From: Candidatus Angelobacter sp.
GTDB taxonomy: Bacteria; Acidobacteriota; Terriglobia; Terriglobales; Acidobacteriaceae
DNA length: 57,404 bases
Direction: 5' to 3'
Assembly: GCA_035717005.1 (NCBI GenBank)
Contig: DASTJB010000318.1
Location: 1 to 57,404, forward strand
The notes under the pieces: model-generated
Told to the model about the DNA's origin: nothing
The model's input: only the letters and a program-made list of their open reading frames with translations
Database searches by the model: none
Program-made: the position numbers and the translations under genes
Shown here: one piece after another, positions 35,353-44,900 of the stretch
Layout of the letters: every line of letters starts with the position of its first letter
How positions within the stretch are numbered: position 1 is the stretch's first letter

Positions 35353-38300
35353 ATGCCGGGACAATCTGGGACGCTCGAAACCATAGCCCGGCATATCGGC
35401 CTGGCGCTCCAGCCGCTCAAAGACAGGCTTACTTCTGACCATGCCATCGATCTTCTGGCGGAGCTGGGCCTTGAGTTCCCACCCCAACTCTTGCAGCCCG
35501 CTTTCGTCAACGCCTTGAAGGCGGGCGCGAACGCAGCTGGCGCGCTTCCCGGCACGATTACGCAGCTTACGAATGCAATCGACACCGACAATGAAGGACA
35601 GATCCTAAGCTCTGGGGCGCAGCTCATTGGGGAAATCGCAGCCGTTATCACCGCCGTGGGGCAGATCGGAACTGCACTAAAGAACCAGGCTGGCAGCCTG
35701 CCGGGAATGAACGCGTCGGAGGTATCCAACTTTGCCGATGCATTGCCAGGAAAATTGCTGGGTTACCTGGTAGTTTCTTACCTGGAATCGGTTGTGCCCG
35801 GGGTCGTAAGCATAGGCAACCTCCTTGGATTCCTGGATTACCTTCCCAACGCCGGCGTCGACGGAGATCCCGCGCATCCTGGCTTTATCGTGCGTGAACT
35901 GCAATTAGGAAATTTGGGAGATCTCCTTACGTCTCCTGACAAGTTGCTGAAGAAGCTGTACGGATGGGGTGATCCCGCCTTCGATGGCAAGACCCTCATC
36001 AGCAGATTGAGCACGTCTCTGGGACTTCTGGGAGTATCCTCACAGGTTTCGGCGACTGGGGATTCGTTGAACGTGTTCCTGTTGACTCTGGGAGTCGCGC
36101 CGGCAACGAATCCGCCTGGGCTGTCCGCCACCTTAGCCGCAACACTCCCATCGGGCCTGGACATCACTCTGCCTCTGAGCCAAACGTGGTCTGTCCATGT
36201 ACAGGCACAAGCAGCACTCGCTTCGGGTTTGAAAGCCACCATCACGCCACCGGCAAGTGTCACTCTAAAGCCTCCTTCGGGTACGGTGAATGGACAGTTG
36301 CAGGCAGACGTCGTCGCCAAGGGCGCGGATGCCTCTCATCCGATCATCATCATCGGACAGACCGGCGGCAGCCGGCTGCAGACCAATTCGTTCACCTTCG
36401 GCATGGGGGTGAAGATTACTTTTGATTCGGGTTCCGGCACGGCCACCGCCGAACCGACGATCCGAATTGAGATCAAAGGCGGCAAAGTCGTCATCGACAT
36501 GTCCAATGCCGACGGCTTCCTGGCAACGGTGCTCTCCGGAGTTCATGTCGAGGCCGGGTTCGACCTGACGATCACCTGGGCCCCCGATACCGGAATCCAC
36601 ATCCAGGGCGGCGCGCAGCTGGAAATCGATCTTCCACTGCATCTCACGCTCGGCCCAATCAGTTTGCCGACGTTATATCTGGTGGCCGGCGCGAACGATA
36701 GCGGGCTGCCGATTGAAATCTCTGCGGCGCTCGGCCTCACTCTGGGCCCGATCCAGGCCGCGGTTGATCGCGTCGGCGTCAAAGGGTTGATCACCTTTCC
36801 CGATCACGGGGGAAATCTTGGACCGGCCAATCTCGCCATCGACTTCAAACCACCGAGCGGGCTTGGCATTGCCATTGACGCGGGCGTGGTGGCCGGCGGC
36901 GGGTACATCTCATTCAATCCCGATAAGGGCCAGTATGCCGGCGTGCTCGATGTATCTCTGGCGGAGATCGTTCAGGTCAAGATCATCGGCGTGCTCGACA
37001 CCATTCTGCCCGACGGCTCTCACGGTTTCTCTTTCCTGCTGATCATCACTTTTGATTTTCCGCCCATCCAGCTGGGATTTGGCTTTACTCTGAACGGCGT
37101 TGGCGGGTTGGGCGGCGTGAACCGGACGATGAATACTGACGCGCTGCATGCCGGCTTCCGCGCGCATACGCTTAATTCCGTTCTATTCCCGCCGGACCCG
37201 ATCGCCAATGCGCCGCAGATCATCAGCAACATCGAAAACTTCTTCCCCCCCGCCGAAGGGCGCTATCTCTTCGGACCCATGCTGGAGATTGGCTGGGGCA
37301 CACCAACACTGATCACGCTGGCGGTGGGCGTGATCCTGGAAGTTCCGGACCCGGTGCGTCTGGCGCTGCTGGGACTGATTGATGCCGGCCTGCCGACCAC
37401 CGAACTGGCGCTCATCGAGCTGCACATTGATGTGCTGGGCATCCTCGATTTCGGCGCCAAAACGCTTTCCATCGACGGCTCACTCTACGACTCGCGTGTG
37501 CTGATCTTCTCTCTTGCCGGCGACCTGGCGCTGCGGCTCTCCTGGGGCGACAATCCAAATTTCATCTTCTCGCTTGGCGGGTTCAACCCGCACTTCAATA
37601 CCACCGGGCTCGATGTTCCCAAGATGCACCGGCTCTCGGTAAGCATCGGCGATGGCGACAATCCGCGCATCAGCGCCAACAGCTATTTCGCCATCACCTC
37701 GAATACTCTGCAGTTTGGCTCCAATGTTGAGGCTTATGCCTCCGCCGCAGGATTCACCATCCATGGGTGGCTCGGCTTTGACGTATTGATTATTTTTTCG
37801 CCATTCTCCTTCGAGTTCGACTTCTCCGCGGGATTTGATATCTCATTCGAAGGAGTGAGCCTGTGCGGCCTGAGAGTGGACGGCTTGTTCTCCGGCCCGC
37901 GGCCCTGGCACCTGCACGGCAGCGCCACGATCGATATTTTGTTCTTCAGTGTCAGCGCGTCGCTGGACCTCACCTGGGGTGACAGCACGCCGGCCATCCT
38001 GCCGAAGAAGCCCGTGCTGCCCGATCTGCTCCCGGCTTTGCAGGACCCACGCAACTGGAGCACCGCGCTGCCGAGTAATACTACGCAGGCGGTCACGCTT
38101 TCCACGCCCAAGCCGGATGATAAAACGCTGCGCGTCCATCCCATGGGCACGCTGAGCGTGCGTGAGAACATTGTTCCCCTGGACCTGCCGATTACGCGCT
38201 ACGGAAATGCAACGCCATCAGACGGAAATCTTTTCTCCATCAATGATGTGCAGATCGACGGCCAGGAAGAAACCAGGCAGAGCTTCCAGGATTATTTCGC

Positions 38301-38784
38301 CGCTGGGCAGTTCCTGAGCCTGAGTGACGCGGACAAGGTCAGCCGACCCAGCTTCGAAAAATATAACGCCGGAGTGCAGATCGGTTCCAATGCCATTCTA
38401 TCGGGCGCCGACTCGCCGCGGACGGTGTTCTACGAAGAGCGGTACATCGATGAGCCAAATGATTTTTCGCGCTTCGCCCGGCGCTATGGAATGCTGGCGG
38501 ACGTTCATCTCGCCCTCACCATGCAGGGCGCGGGATTTGCTTCGCCCCTGAAGAACAGCGGGCTGTTTAAATATGCAAAGGGCAACAGCGAGGCCGCCGT
38601 CACGACCCAGGACCCGGCTTACGTTGTGGCGCATGTGGAAGACCTTTCGGTGCGCAGCGATATCGTCTCCTCATCCGGCGGCACGTACTTCCACGCTCGC
38701 GCGGCGCTGGACTCCTACCTGGTCCTGCATCCCGAGGAGACCAACAACCTGCAGATTGTTCCCGTGCACGAGGTGACGCCATGA
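35353..38784 (+). CDS. Giant hypothetical protein A (1143 aa): helical N-terminus and a Gly-rich, beta-strand-like core and C-terminus
   Basis: Uninterrupted ORF with GGGGAGGAG upstream of the ATG. No signal peptide and no catalytic motif seen. It probably belongs to a family catalogued only as a domain of unknown function (from memory, unverified). Confidence 0.85.
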   Translation: MPGQSGTLETIARHIGLALQPLKDRLTSDHAIDLLAELGLEFPPQLLQPAFVNALKAGANAAGALPGTITQLTNAIDTDNEGQILSSGAQLIGEIAAVITAVGQIGTALKNQAGSLPGMNASEVSNFADALPGKLLGYLVVSYLESVVPGVVSIGNLLGFLDYLPNAGVDGDPAHPGFIVRELQLGNLGDLLTSPDKLLKKLYGWGDPAFDGKTLISRLSTSLGLLGVSSQVSATGDSLNVFLLTLGVAPATNPPGLSATLAATLPSGLDITLPLSQTWSVHVQAQAALASGLKATITPPASVTLKPPSGTVNGQLQADVVAKGADASHPIIIIGQTGGSRLQTNSFTFGMGVKITFDSGSGTATAEPTIRIEIKGGKVVIDMSNADGFLATVLSGVHVEAGFDLTITWAPDTGIHIQGGAQLEIDLPLHLTLGPISLPTLYLVAGANDSGLPIEISAALGLTLGPIQAAVDRVGVKGLITFPDHGGNLGPANLAIDFKPPSGLGIAIDAGVVAGGGYISFNPDKGQYAGVLDVSLAEIVQVKIIGVLDTILPDGSHGFSFLLIITFDFPPIQLGFGFTLNGVGGLGGVNRTMNTDALHAGFRAHTLNSVLFPPDPIANAPQIISNIENFFPPAEGRYLFGPMLEIGWGTPTLITLAVGVILEVPDPVRLALLGLIDAGLPTTELALIELHIDVLGILDFGAKTLSIDGSLYDSRVLIFSLAGDLALRLSWGDNPNFIFSLGGFNPHFNTTGLDVPKMHRLSVSIGDGDNPRISANSYFAITSNTLQFGSNVEAYASAAGFTIHGWLGFDVLIIFSPFSFEFDFSAGFDISFEGVSLCGLRVDGLFSGPRPWHLHGSATIDILFFSVSASLDLTWGDSTPAILPKKPVLPDLLPALQDPRNWSTALPSNTTQAVTLSTPKPDDKTLRVHPMGTLSVRENIVPLDLPITRYGNATPSDGNLFSINDVQIDGQEETRQSFQDYFAAGQFLSLSDADKVSRPSFEKYNAGVQIGSNAILSGADSPRTVFYEERYIDEPNDFSRFARRYGMLADVHLALTMQGAGFASPLKNSGLFKYAKGNSEAAVTTQDPAYVVAHVEDLSVRSDIVSSSGGTYFHARAALDSYLVLHPEETNNLQIVPVHEVTP

Positions 38785-41700
38785 GCGCTCCGCTGGGCCG
38801 CTATCATTTCCTGAGCTGGGCGCGCCGCGGCGTGGGCGCCAGCGTAGCCAACGTGGACAACGGTGGCGCTCTTCCCAGCCGCGCCGGCCTAAGCGTCCAG
38901 CTTTCCCTGCAGGTGAATGGCGCTCCCAGTCCCCAGCAGCCCACGCCCATGCCGGTGCAGATGTTCGGGCCGGGCGATGTGATCGGAATCGATCCGCGGC
39001 ACATCATCCGCACCGAGCCGCGAAATTTTACCGTCAATTTCGAGCCCAATTATCTGTGCGGGGTGGAGTTCGATACACCCGATCTACCGTGGCTGTTCAC
39101 GCCGGCGGCGCCCAAAGGCGATCAGCTTCGCCCGTGGCTGGCGTTGATCGCGCTGAAGCCGGACGAGCTCAAGCTGCCTAACATCGCACCGAATCCTCTT
39201 CCGGTGGTTGAAGTGCAGGCCATGAGCGCGCTGCAGGACCTTTCCGATTCGTGGAACTGGGTGCACGTGCAGGTCAGCGGAGATACGCCGCTCACCGATT
39301 CGATGACCAGCGCTCCGGGGAACGTGATCTCGCGGCTGTTGTGCCCGCGCAGGCTCGATCCGGAGACTCATTACAAGGTTTTTCTGGTTCCGGCATTCGA
39401 GATCGGGCGGCAGGCGGGGCTGGGGAAGGACGTCTCCGGAATTGCGACCGCCGATCCGGCGTGGACGAAAGCTACCGTCGCGCCGCTCACGCTTCCTTTC
39501 TATTACCAATTTGAATTCAATACGAGCGATGAAGGCGACTTTGAATCGCTGGTGCGGCGGCTGACTCCGCGCGTCCTGCCGGCGGAAGTAGGGCAGCGGC
39601 CGATGGACGTTTCGCAACCGGCCCCGCACATCGCCCCAGCAGGACCACCGCCTCTGGGACTTGAAGGCGCGTTGCACAGCGTGCTGACCAAGCCCACCGA
39701 CTGGAAAGATCCGGTCAAGACGAATTTTCAGACGGACGTGCAAACGTTCATCAATCATCCGCAGCTCTCGACGGATGATCCGGCGAATCCCAATCCTGAC
39801 GATCCGGTGATTGCGCCTCCGATTTACGGCCGGTGGCACGCCGCTGTCCAGAGCGTGGACCGCACCGCGGCGGGGTGGGTGAACGATTTGAATCTCGATC
39901 CGCGCAACCGCAGCGCCGCCGGCATGGGCACGCAGGTTGTCCAGGATGAGCGCACGCAACTGATGGCCTCCGCCTGGCAGCAGGTGGATGGCGTGCGCCA
40001 GGCCAACGAACTGCTTCGCCAGGCGCAGCTTGCCCGGGCGGCGTTGCAGCAGATCCATGTGCATGAATTGCAGCCCGCCACGGCGGAGACGTTGATGACC
40101 ATGACGGCGCCGCTGCACTCGCGGCTGATGGCCAGCCCGCGAACTGTGCTGGCGACTGTGAGAAGCAGCCGCGTACCGGAACGTCTGCTCTCCGGCGCCT
40201 ATCGCCGGGCGACGCGGCCGCGGCGCCGGGTCGGGCCTTCGCCCAAGACGCGAACTCCTTTGCTGGCCCGCGTAAACTCAGGCGAGGTCGCAATTGTGCC
40301 GCCCGCCAAACCTCCGGGCGGAATGGTCTCGATCGATCAGATCTCCGACAATTTCGCTCCGCCGTGGATCAAGACGCTGGCCAAGTACTGGAAGTGGATC
40401 CTGCTGGTGGTCCTGTTGCTGCTGGTGCTGGCAATCATCGTCGTAGGAGCGGTTGCCGGAGGGGCAGCAGCAGGCGCGGTAGTGGTGGCGGCGGTGGTCA
40501 TTGCAGCCGCAGTGTGGCCGGCGATCAAGAAATTGCTCGACAAGGCCCAGGCCGCCAATGAGCTGAGCCCGTCAGGCTTCACGCCGGCGGCGGTGGCAAA
40601 TGCTCCTCCGAACCCTAACTTCACGGTGACTACGCCAGGCACCGCGCCCTCGACGGGCGCCAGCGGCCCGGACTCAACGCAAGCCGTGGCCTTCCGTGCC
40701 GCCACCAGTGACGTGTTTACGGCGTTCCAGGCATTTCCGGCCGATCCGCCCCTGGCGCCTTCGCTCGAAATGGCAACGCTGAAGAGCACGGTGCTGATGC
40801 GGATCGATCCCGGGGTGACCGTGCCCAAGCGGGTGCAGTATCTGATCACCTTCTCGCCGAACTTCACCTGGCTGTTGCCGGACCTGCTGGAGCCGATCAT
40901 GGCAGCGCCGGAATTTCCGCAGCCAATGTACGCTCCGCTGCGCGATCTCTCGCCCGACTACGTGCTGCCCGGAGTCGAGCTGGTACCGCCGGACACGCTG
41001 GGACTTCTGCTCACCAACCATGAATTTATTGAAGGTTACATGGTCGGCCTGAACCACGAAATGGCGCGCCAGCTATTGTGGAATGATTATCCGACGGACC
41101 AGCGCGGCAGCTACTTCCGCCAGTTCTGGGACGTGAGCGCCTACGTTCCGCAAAAAGGCGATCCCAGCGATCCGGCGAAGCTGCGCGAATTGCTCAAGGA
41201 CATCCCTCCCGTTCACACTTGGCCCAAGCCGCTGCCGCTGGGCGAGCATCCCAACCGCACGGACATTGTCGAAAACAATGTTGTGCTCCTGGTGCGGGGC
41301 GAGCTGTTCAAGCGCTATCCGAACGCCATTGTTTACGCCGGCAAGGCCAAACGAGCGGTGGACGGCACGCGTGTGCTCGACGAAACCGACGAGCGCTATC
41401 CCATTTTCCGGGGCACGCTGCCCTCTGACATCACCTTCCTGGGTTTCAACCTGAGCCTGGACGATGCTCGCGGCGGGACTGCGCAATCGCCGGAGGGCTT
41501 CTTCTTCGTCTTCCAGCAGCAGCCGTCGGAGCCGCGCTTTGGACTGGAACCGAACGAAGATGCCACTCCGATCGCCCACTGGGCGGAGCTGGCCTGGACC
41601 AACTTCGGCGTGGCCGGTGGCGGAGACAAAGCGCGCCCCGCGGTCCTTCGCGCCGCCGATCCTGTTTTCCAGCTTCCCGACCTGGGAAAAACCACGCGGG

Positions 41701-41969
41701 GCAAGACGATCGCCAACAGCCCATGGCGGCTGGCTTCGCAGGTATTTTCCATCGTGCTCGCGAACGTGAAGCTCCCGGACTTTCTTTCCGCGAAGCTGAA
41801 TCCGGTGCGGGTGACCATTCCTCCGGGCGGAGGAAATCCCAACCTGCCGGACTACACTCCGGAAGACCCCAACAACAACTGGGGCGTGAACAGTGCGCAG
41901 ACGGCGTACATTCTTTTGCGCCTGCCGTTCCGCATTCTGATTCATGCCGACTTGATGCTGCCAAAATGA
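38781..41969 (+). CDS. Giant hypothetical protein B (1062 aa) with a central hydrophobic hairpin of about 46 aa
   Basis: ATGA overlap with gene A. The hydrophobic stretch WKWILLVVLLLLVLAIIVVGAVAGGAAAGAVVVAAVVIAAAVWPAI is encoded at 40389-40526. No signal peptide. Confidence 0.85.
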   Translation: MSAPLGRYHFLSWARRGVGASVANVDNGGALPSRAGLSVQLSLQVNGAPSPQQPTPMPVQMFGPGDVIGIDPRHIIRTEPRNFTVNFEPNYLCGVEFDTPDLPWLFTPAAPKGDQLRPWLALIALKPDELKLPNIAPNPLPVVEVQAMSALQDLSDSWNWVHVQVSGDTPLTDSMTSAPGNVISRLLCPRRLDPETHYKVFLVPAFEIGRQAGLGKDVSGIATADPAWTKATVAPLTLPFYYQFEFNTSDEGDFESLVRRLTPRVLPAEVGQRPMDVSQPAPHIAPAGPPPLGLEGALHSVLTKPTDWKDPVKTNFQTDVQTFINHPQLSTDDPANPNPDDPVIAPPIYGRWHAAVQSVDRTAAGWVNDLNLDPRNRSAAGMGTQVVQDERTQLMASAWQQVDGVRQANELLRQAQLARAALQQIHVHELQPATAETLMTMTAPLHSRLMASPRTVLATVRSSRVPERLLSGAYRRATRPRRRVGPSPKTRTPLLARVNSGEVAIVPPAKPPGGMVSIDQISDNFAPPWIKTLAKYWKWILLVVLLLLVLAIIVVGAVAGGAAAGAVVVAAVVIAAAVWPAIKKLLDKAQAANELSPSGFTPAAVANAPPNPNFTVTTPGTAPSTGASGPDSTQAVAFRAATSDVFTAFQAFPADPPLAPSLEMATLKSTVLMRIDPGVTVPKRVQYLITFSPNFTWLLPDLLEPIMAAPEFPQPMYAPLRDLSPDYVLPGVELVPPDTLGLLLTNHEFIEGYMVGLNHEMARQLLWNDYPTDQRGSYFRQFWDVSAYVPQKGDPSDPAKLRELLKDIPPVHTWPKPLPLGEHPNRTDIVENNVVLLVRGELFKRYPNAIVYAGKAKRAVDGTRVLDETDERYPIFRGTLPSDITFLGFNLSLDDARGGTAQSPEGFFFVFQQQPSEPRFGLEPNEDATPIAHWAELAWTNFGVAGGGDKARPAVLRAADPVFQLPDLGKTTRGKTIANSPWRLASQVFSIVLANVKLPDFLSAKLNPVRVTIPPGGGNPNLPDYTPEDPNNNWGVNSAQTAYILLRLPFRILIHADLMLPK

Positions 41970-44900
41970 GTACACATCCTCCCAATCCGAATCCGAACCA
42001 GCCTCCCGCTCCGGGTCCGAACCAGCCTCCCGCTCCGGCGCCCGGAGGGAACGGGCAGCCGCACGCTCTGGATGCAGCTACGCCCGTCCTGTTCCTTCCC
42101 GTCAACATCGAAACCCGCTTCATGGATGCCGGCGTGAGGGGAGGCTCGGAGCTCTGGCTGCGCGTCTATCCCGATCAGATTGCCATCAACTCACATGAGC
42201 CCGAGCTCACGGACCAGGAGATCGCCGACGGAAAAGTTTACTGGGACGCCGTGTGGCGGGCGGGCAAGCCCCCGGCCAGGGAGGAGGACGTGAAAGCGCC
42301 GTGGCGCGGTCTGGCTGCGCGGTACGGTGGGCCGCGCGCCGCGTGGATCGCACTGACCATGACGCCGACGAACGCGCTGCAGCAGCCCGCGGCGCCGACA
42401 GCGGAAGGCGCCAATCCGGTCCCTCCGCCGAGCTATCGCACGCCGCCGACACACTCAGGATCGTGGACCAAGCCGGCGATCGCGGCAGCGCTGCCCGATT
42501 TCTGGAAGGTGGCCGCAATCTCCGGGACGGCAGTTCTCACGGCGCAGGGCGGGCCGATCACGCCCGATCTCGCTGTGGGAATGACGCCCGGCGTGGCCTT
42601 CCCGGCCGGGTCGCCGGTCGATCCGGGCATGCAGTGGCTGGTGGATTTTGACGCCGCCGTGAAAGCAGGCATGGCATTGAAAATCCCATTGACGGCGCAA
42701 CAAAGGAACACCGGATTTGACCGCATCTTTGTTTATGGATTGCGTTCCCGGGGCGCGTCCGGCAGCCAGACGCTGACCGAACTTTTGAATGCGCACCACT
42801 ACACCGACGGCTTTTCACTGGTGGCGCAAGGCGCTCCCACCAACAACACTCCGGACGCCGACGCCGCGTATTCGCGCAAGGACCCGGACCAGGAGGCCAG
42901 TTATAAGGTTGAGCGCAGCGATCCGCTGAATCAGGATGCGGCCGCAGACGGCAATGCTTTTGCCAATTTGATCGGCATTGATCCGGCCACCATGGCCCAC
43001 GTCGGCGAATCCGACGGCACGGATGAGCGCAATGGCCGTGACATGTTCACCGCGCTCTGGCCGGCGACTCTGGGATATTTCTTTTCGCAGATGATGGCTG
43101 ACGTCTTCACGCCGGCGCAGATCGAAACAGCGCGGCAATACGTGCTGGCCAATGCGCTGCCGCGCGGGCCGTTGCCGGCCTTCCGCGTGGGACGCACGCC
43201 CTACGGCGTCCTTCCCATCACCTCACTGCGGCGTTATCCCCAGGGAGAAAGAACTTTTGTCGGATCGATCGAGCCGGCGCTGGTAGATTTCATCTCAAAG
43301 CTGTGGCCGACCTGGCTGGCCAGCGCCAATGGGGCGCCGCACATGCAGAACTCGGGCGATCCTGACGCGCAGCTGGTGCAGGTGCTGGGCATGGACGCCA
43401 GCTCGATGACCTTCCGCGGGCGCCAGGTCCTTGGCGATGACTTCCTCTGGAATTACATCAATTTCCAGGGCATCGCGAGTTCGCTGGCGAATCCCTGGTG
43501 GCTGAGCCATCTGGCGCGCGGACGGCAACTGCTGGACAAGTTCGGCTTCAACACCTGGGACCCGCGCGTGATCCATCTGGGCCTGGCGGAGAAGTCGTAT
43601 CCCGTGCCATTTCCCACGGTGCAGACAGGCGCGCTCTCTGAAACGGACCCGCTGAAAGCCGACGCTGACCTGGGCGGCGGCACGAAGGGAAATTACATTC
43701 GGTGGCTGCGGCAGGCGGCGGTGAGCGACATCCAGGCGGACAACTATCCCGGGCCCAAACCCACGGCGCTGCTGTATAAGATCCTGCGCCAGTCCGTCCT
43801 GCTCGATTATGCGAAGCTGGCCACGTTCGCCGAAGTAAACGCAGCTCGGCTGCAGTTTGCACAGGTGCGCGAGCAGGAGATCATCGGCGTGGTGCCGCAA
43901 CTCGAAACCCAGGCTGCGGCCCAGGACCTTCCGAAGGTCAGCGTGTGGGAGGTGCTGGCGCGTCCTTCGATACCGAATCCGAAGCTCAGTTGGGCTGAGT
44001 ACCTGGTGAACCTCGATCCTCCGCCGCAATCTCCTTTTGCCCAGCTGACGGAGCTGCGAGCGTGTCTTGACCGGCTGGCGAAGCTCTCCACCGCGGAGCT
44101 GGACCGGCTGCTGACCGAGACTCTGGATGCGTGCAGCCATCGCCTGGACGTATGGGCCACAGCGATTGCAACCGCGCTGCTTGGCCGCACGCGCGCTGGA
44201 AAAAATAACGGAGTGCATCTTGGCGCCTTTGGATGGGTGGAAGAGGTGCGCCCCGCGGCTTCGCGTCCCGCAGTAGTGGGCGTGGAGCTGGACGCGGTGC
44301 GCGCTCTGGACCGCCGCCGTTCAACCACGCTGAAGCGCGAATTGAACCTGCCCGTACCAGTGCAGCCGCTTCAGGACAACGGCGGCTACATCTTTGCGCC
44401 GTCACTGACCCAGGCCGCGACAGCCGCTGTGCTTAGGAATGGCTACATGACCCACAAGGGCACCAGCCAGGAAGGGCTGCTCTCAATCGATCTCTCTTCC
44501 GAGCGCGTCCGCAACGCGCTGCTTCTGCTGGAAGGCGTGCAGCAGGGCCAGAGCCTGAACGCTTTGCTGGGCTACCTCTTCGAATCGGGACTGCATACGC
44601 TGCAGCTGGACAAGTACGCGCAACCTTTCCGCGACCGTTTTCCCATTGTCGCCAACAAGCTCACGCCGTCGAGCGATCCGAGCGAGTCGGTGGCCGCTTC
44701 AAACGTGGTGGATGGGCTGGCCCTGCGCACGGCATGGGACACCGGCCAGCTTGCTCAGGGCGGGAACTGGGGCACGGGATTGCCCGCTCCCGGCGCGGAC
44801 CAGAACGCCGTGATCGGGCTGCTCGAGACGATCGACGATTATGCCGACGCGCTGGCCGATCTCTCCATCTCCGAAGCGGTCTTCCAGATCATTCGGGGAA

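Noticed and set aside
41723-41965. Upstream in-frame extension of giant gene C. The ORF track starts it at 41723.
   Set aside because: The extension lies entirely inside gene B in another frame. The ATG at 41966 forms an ATGA overlap with the B stop, the same junction type as A/B. The extension translates to low-complexity Arg/Gly/Ser sequence.
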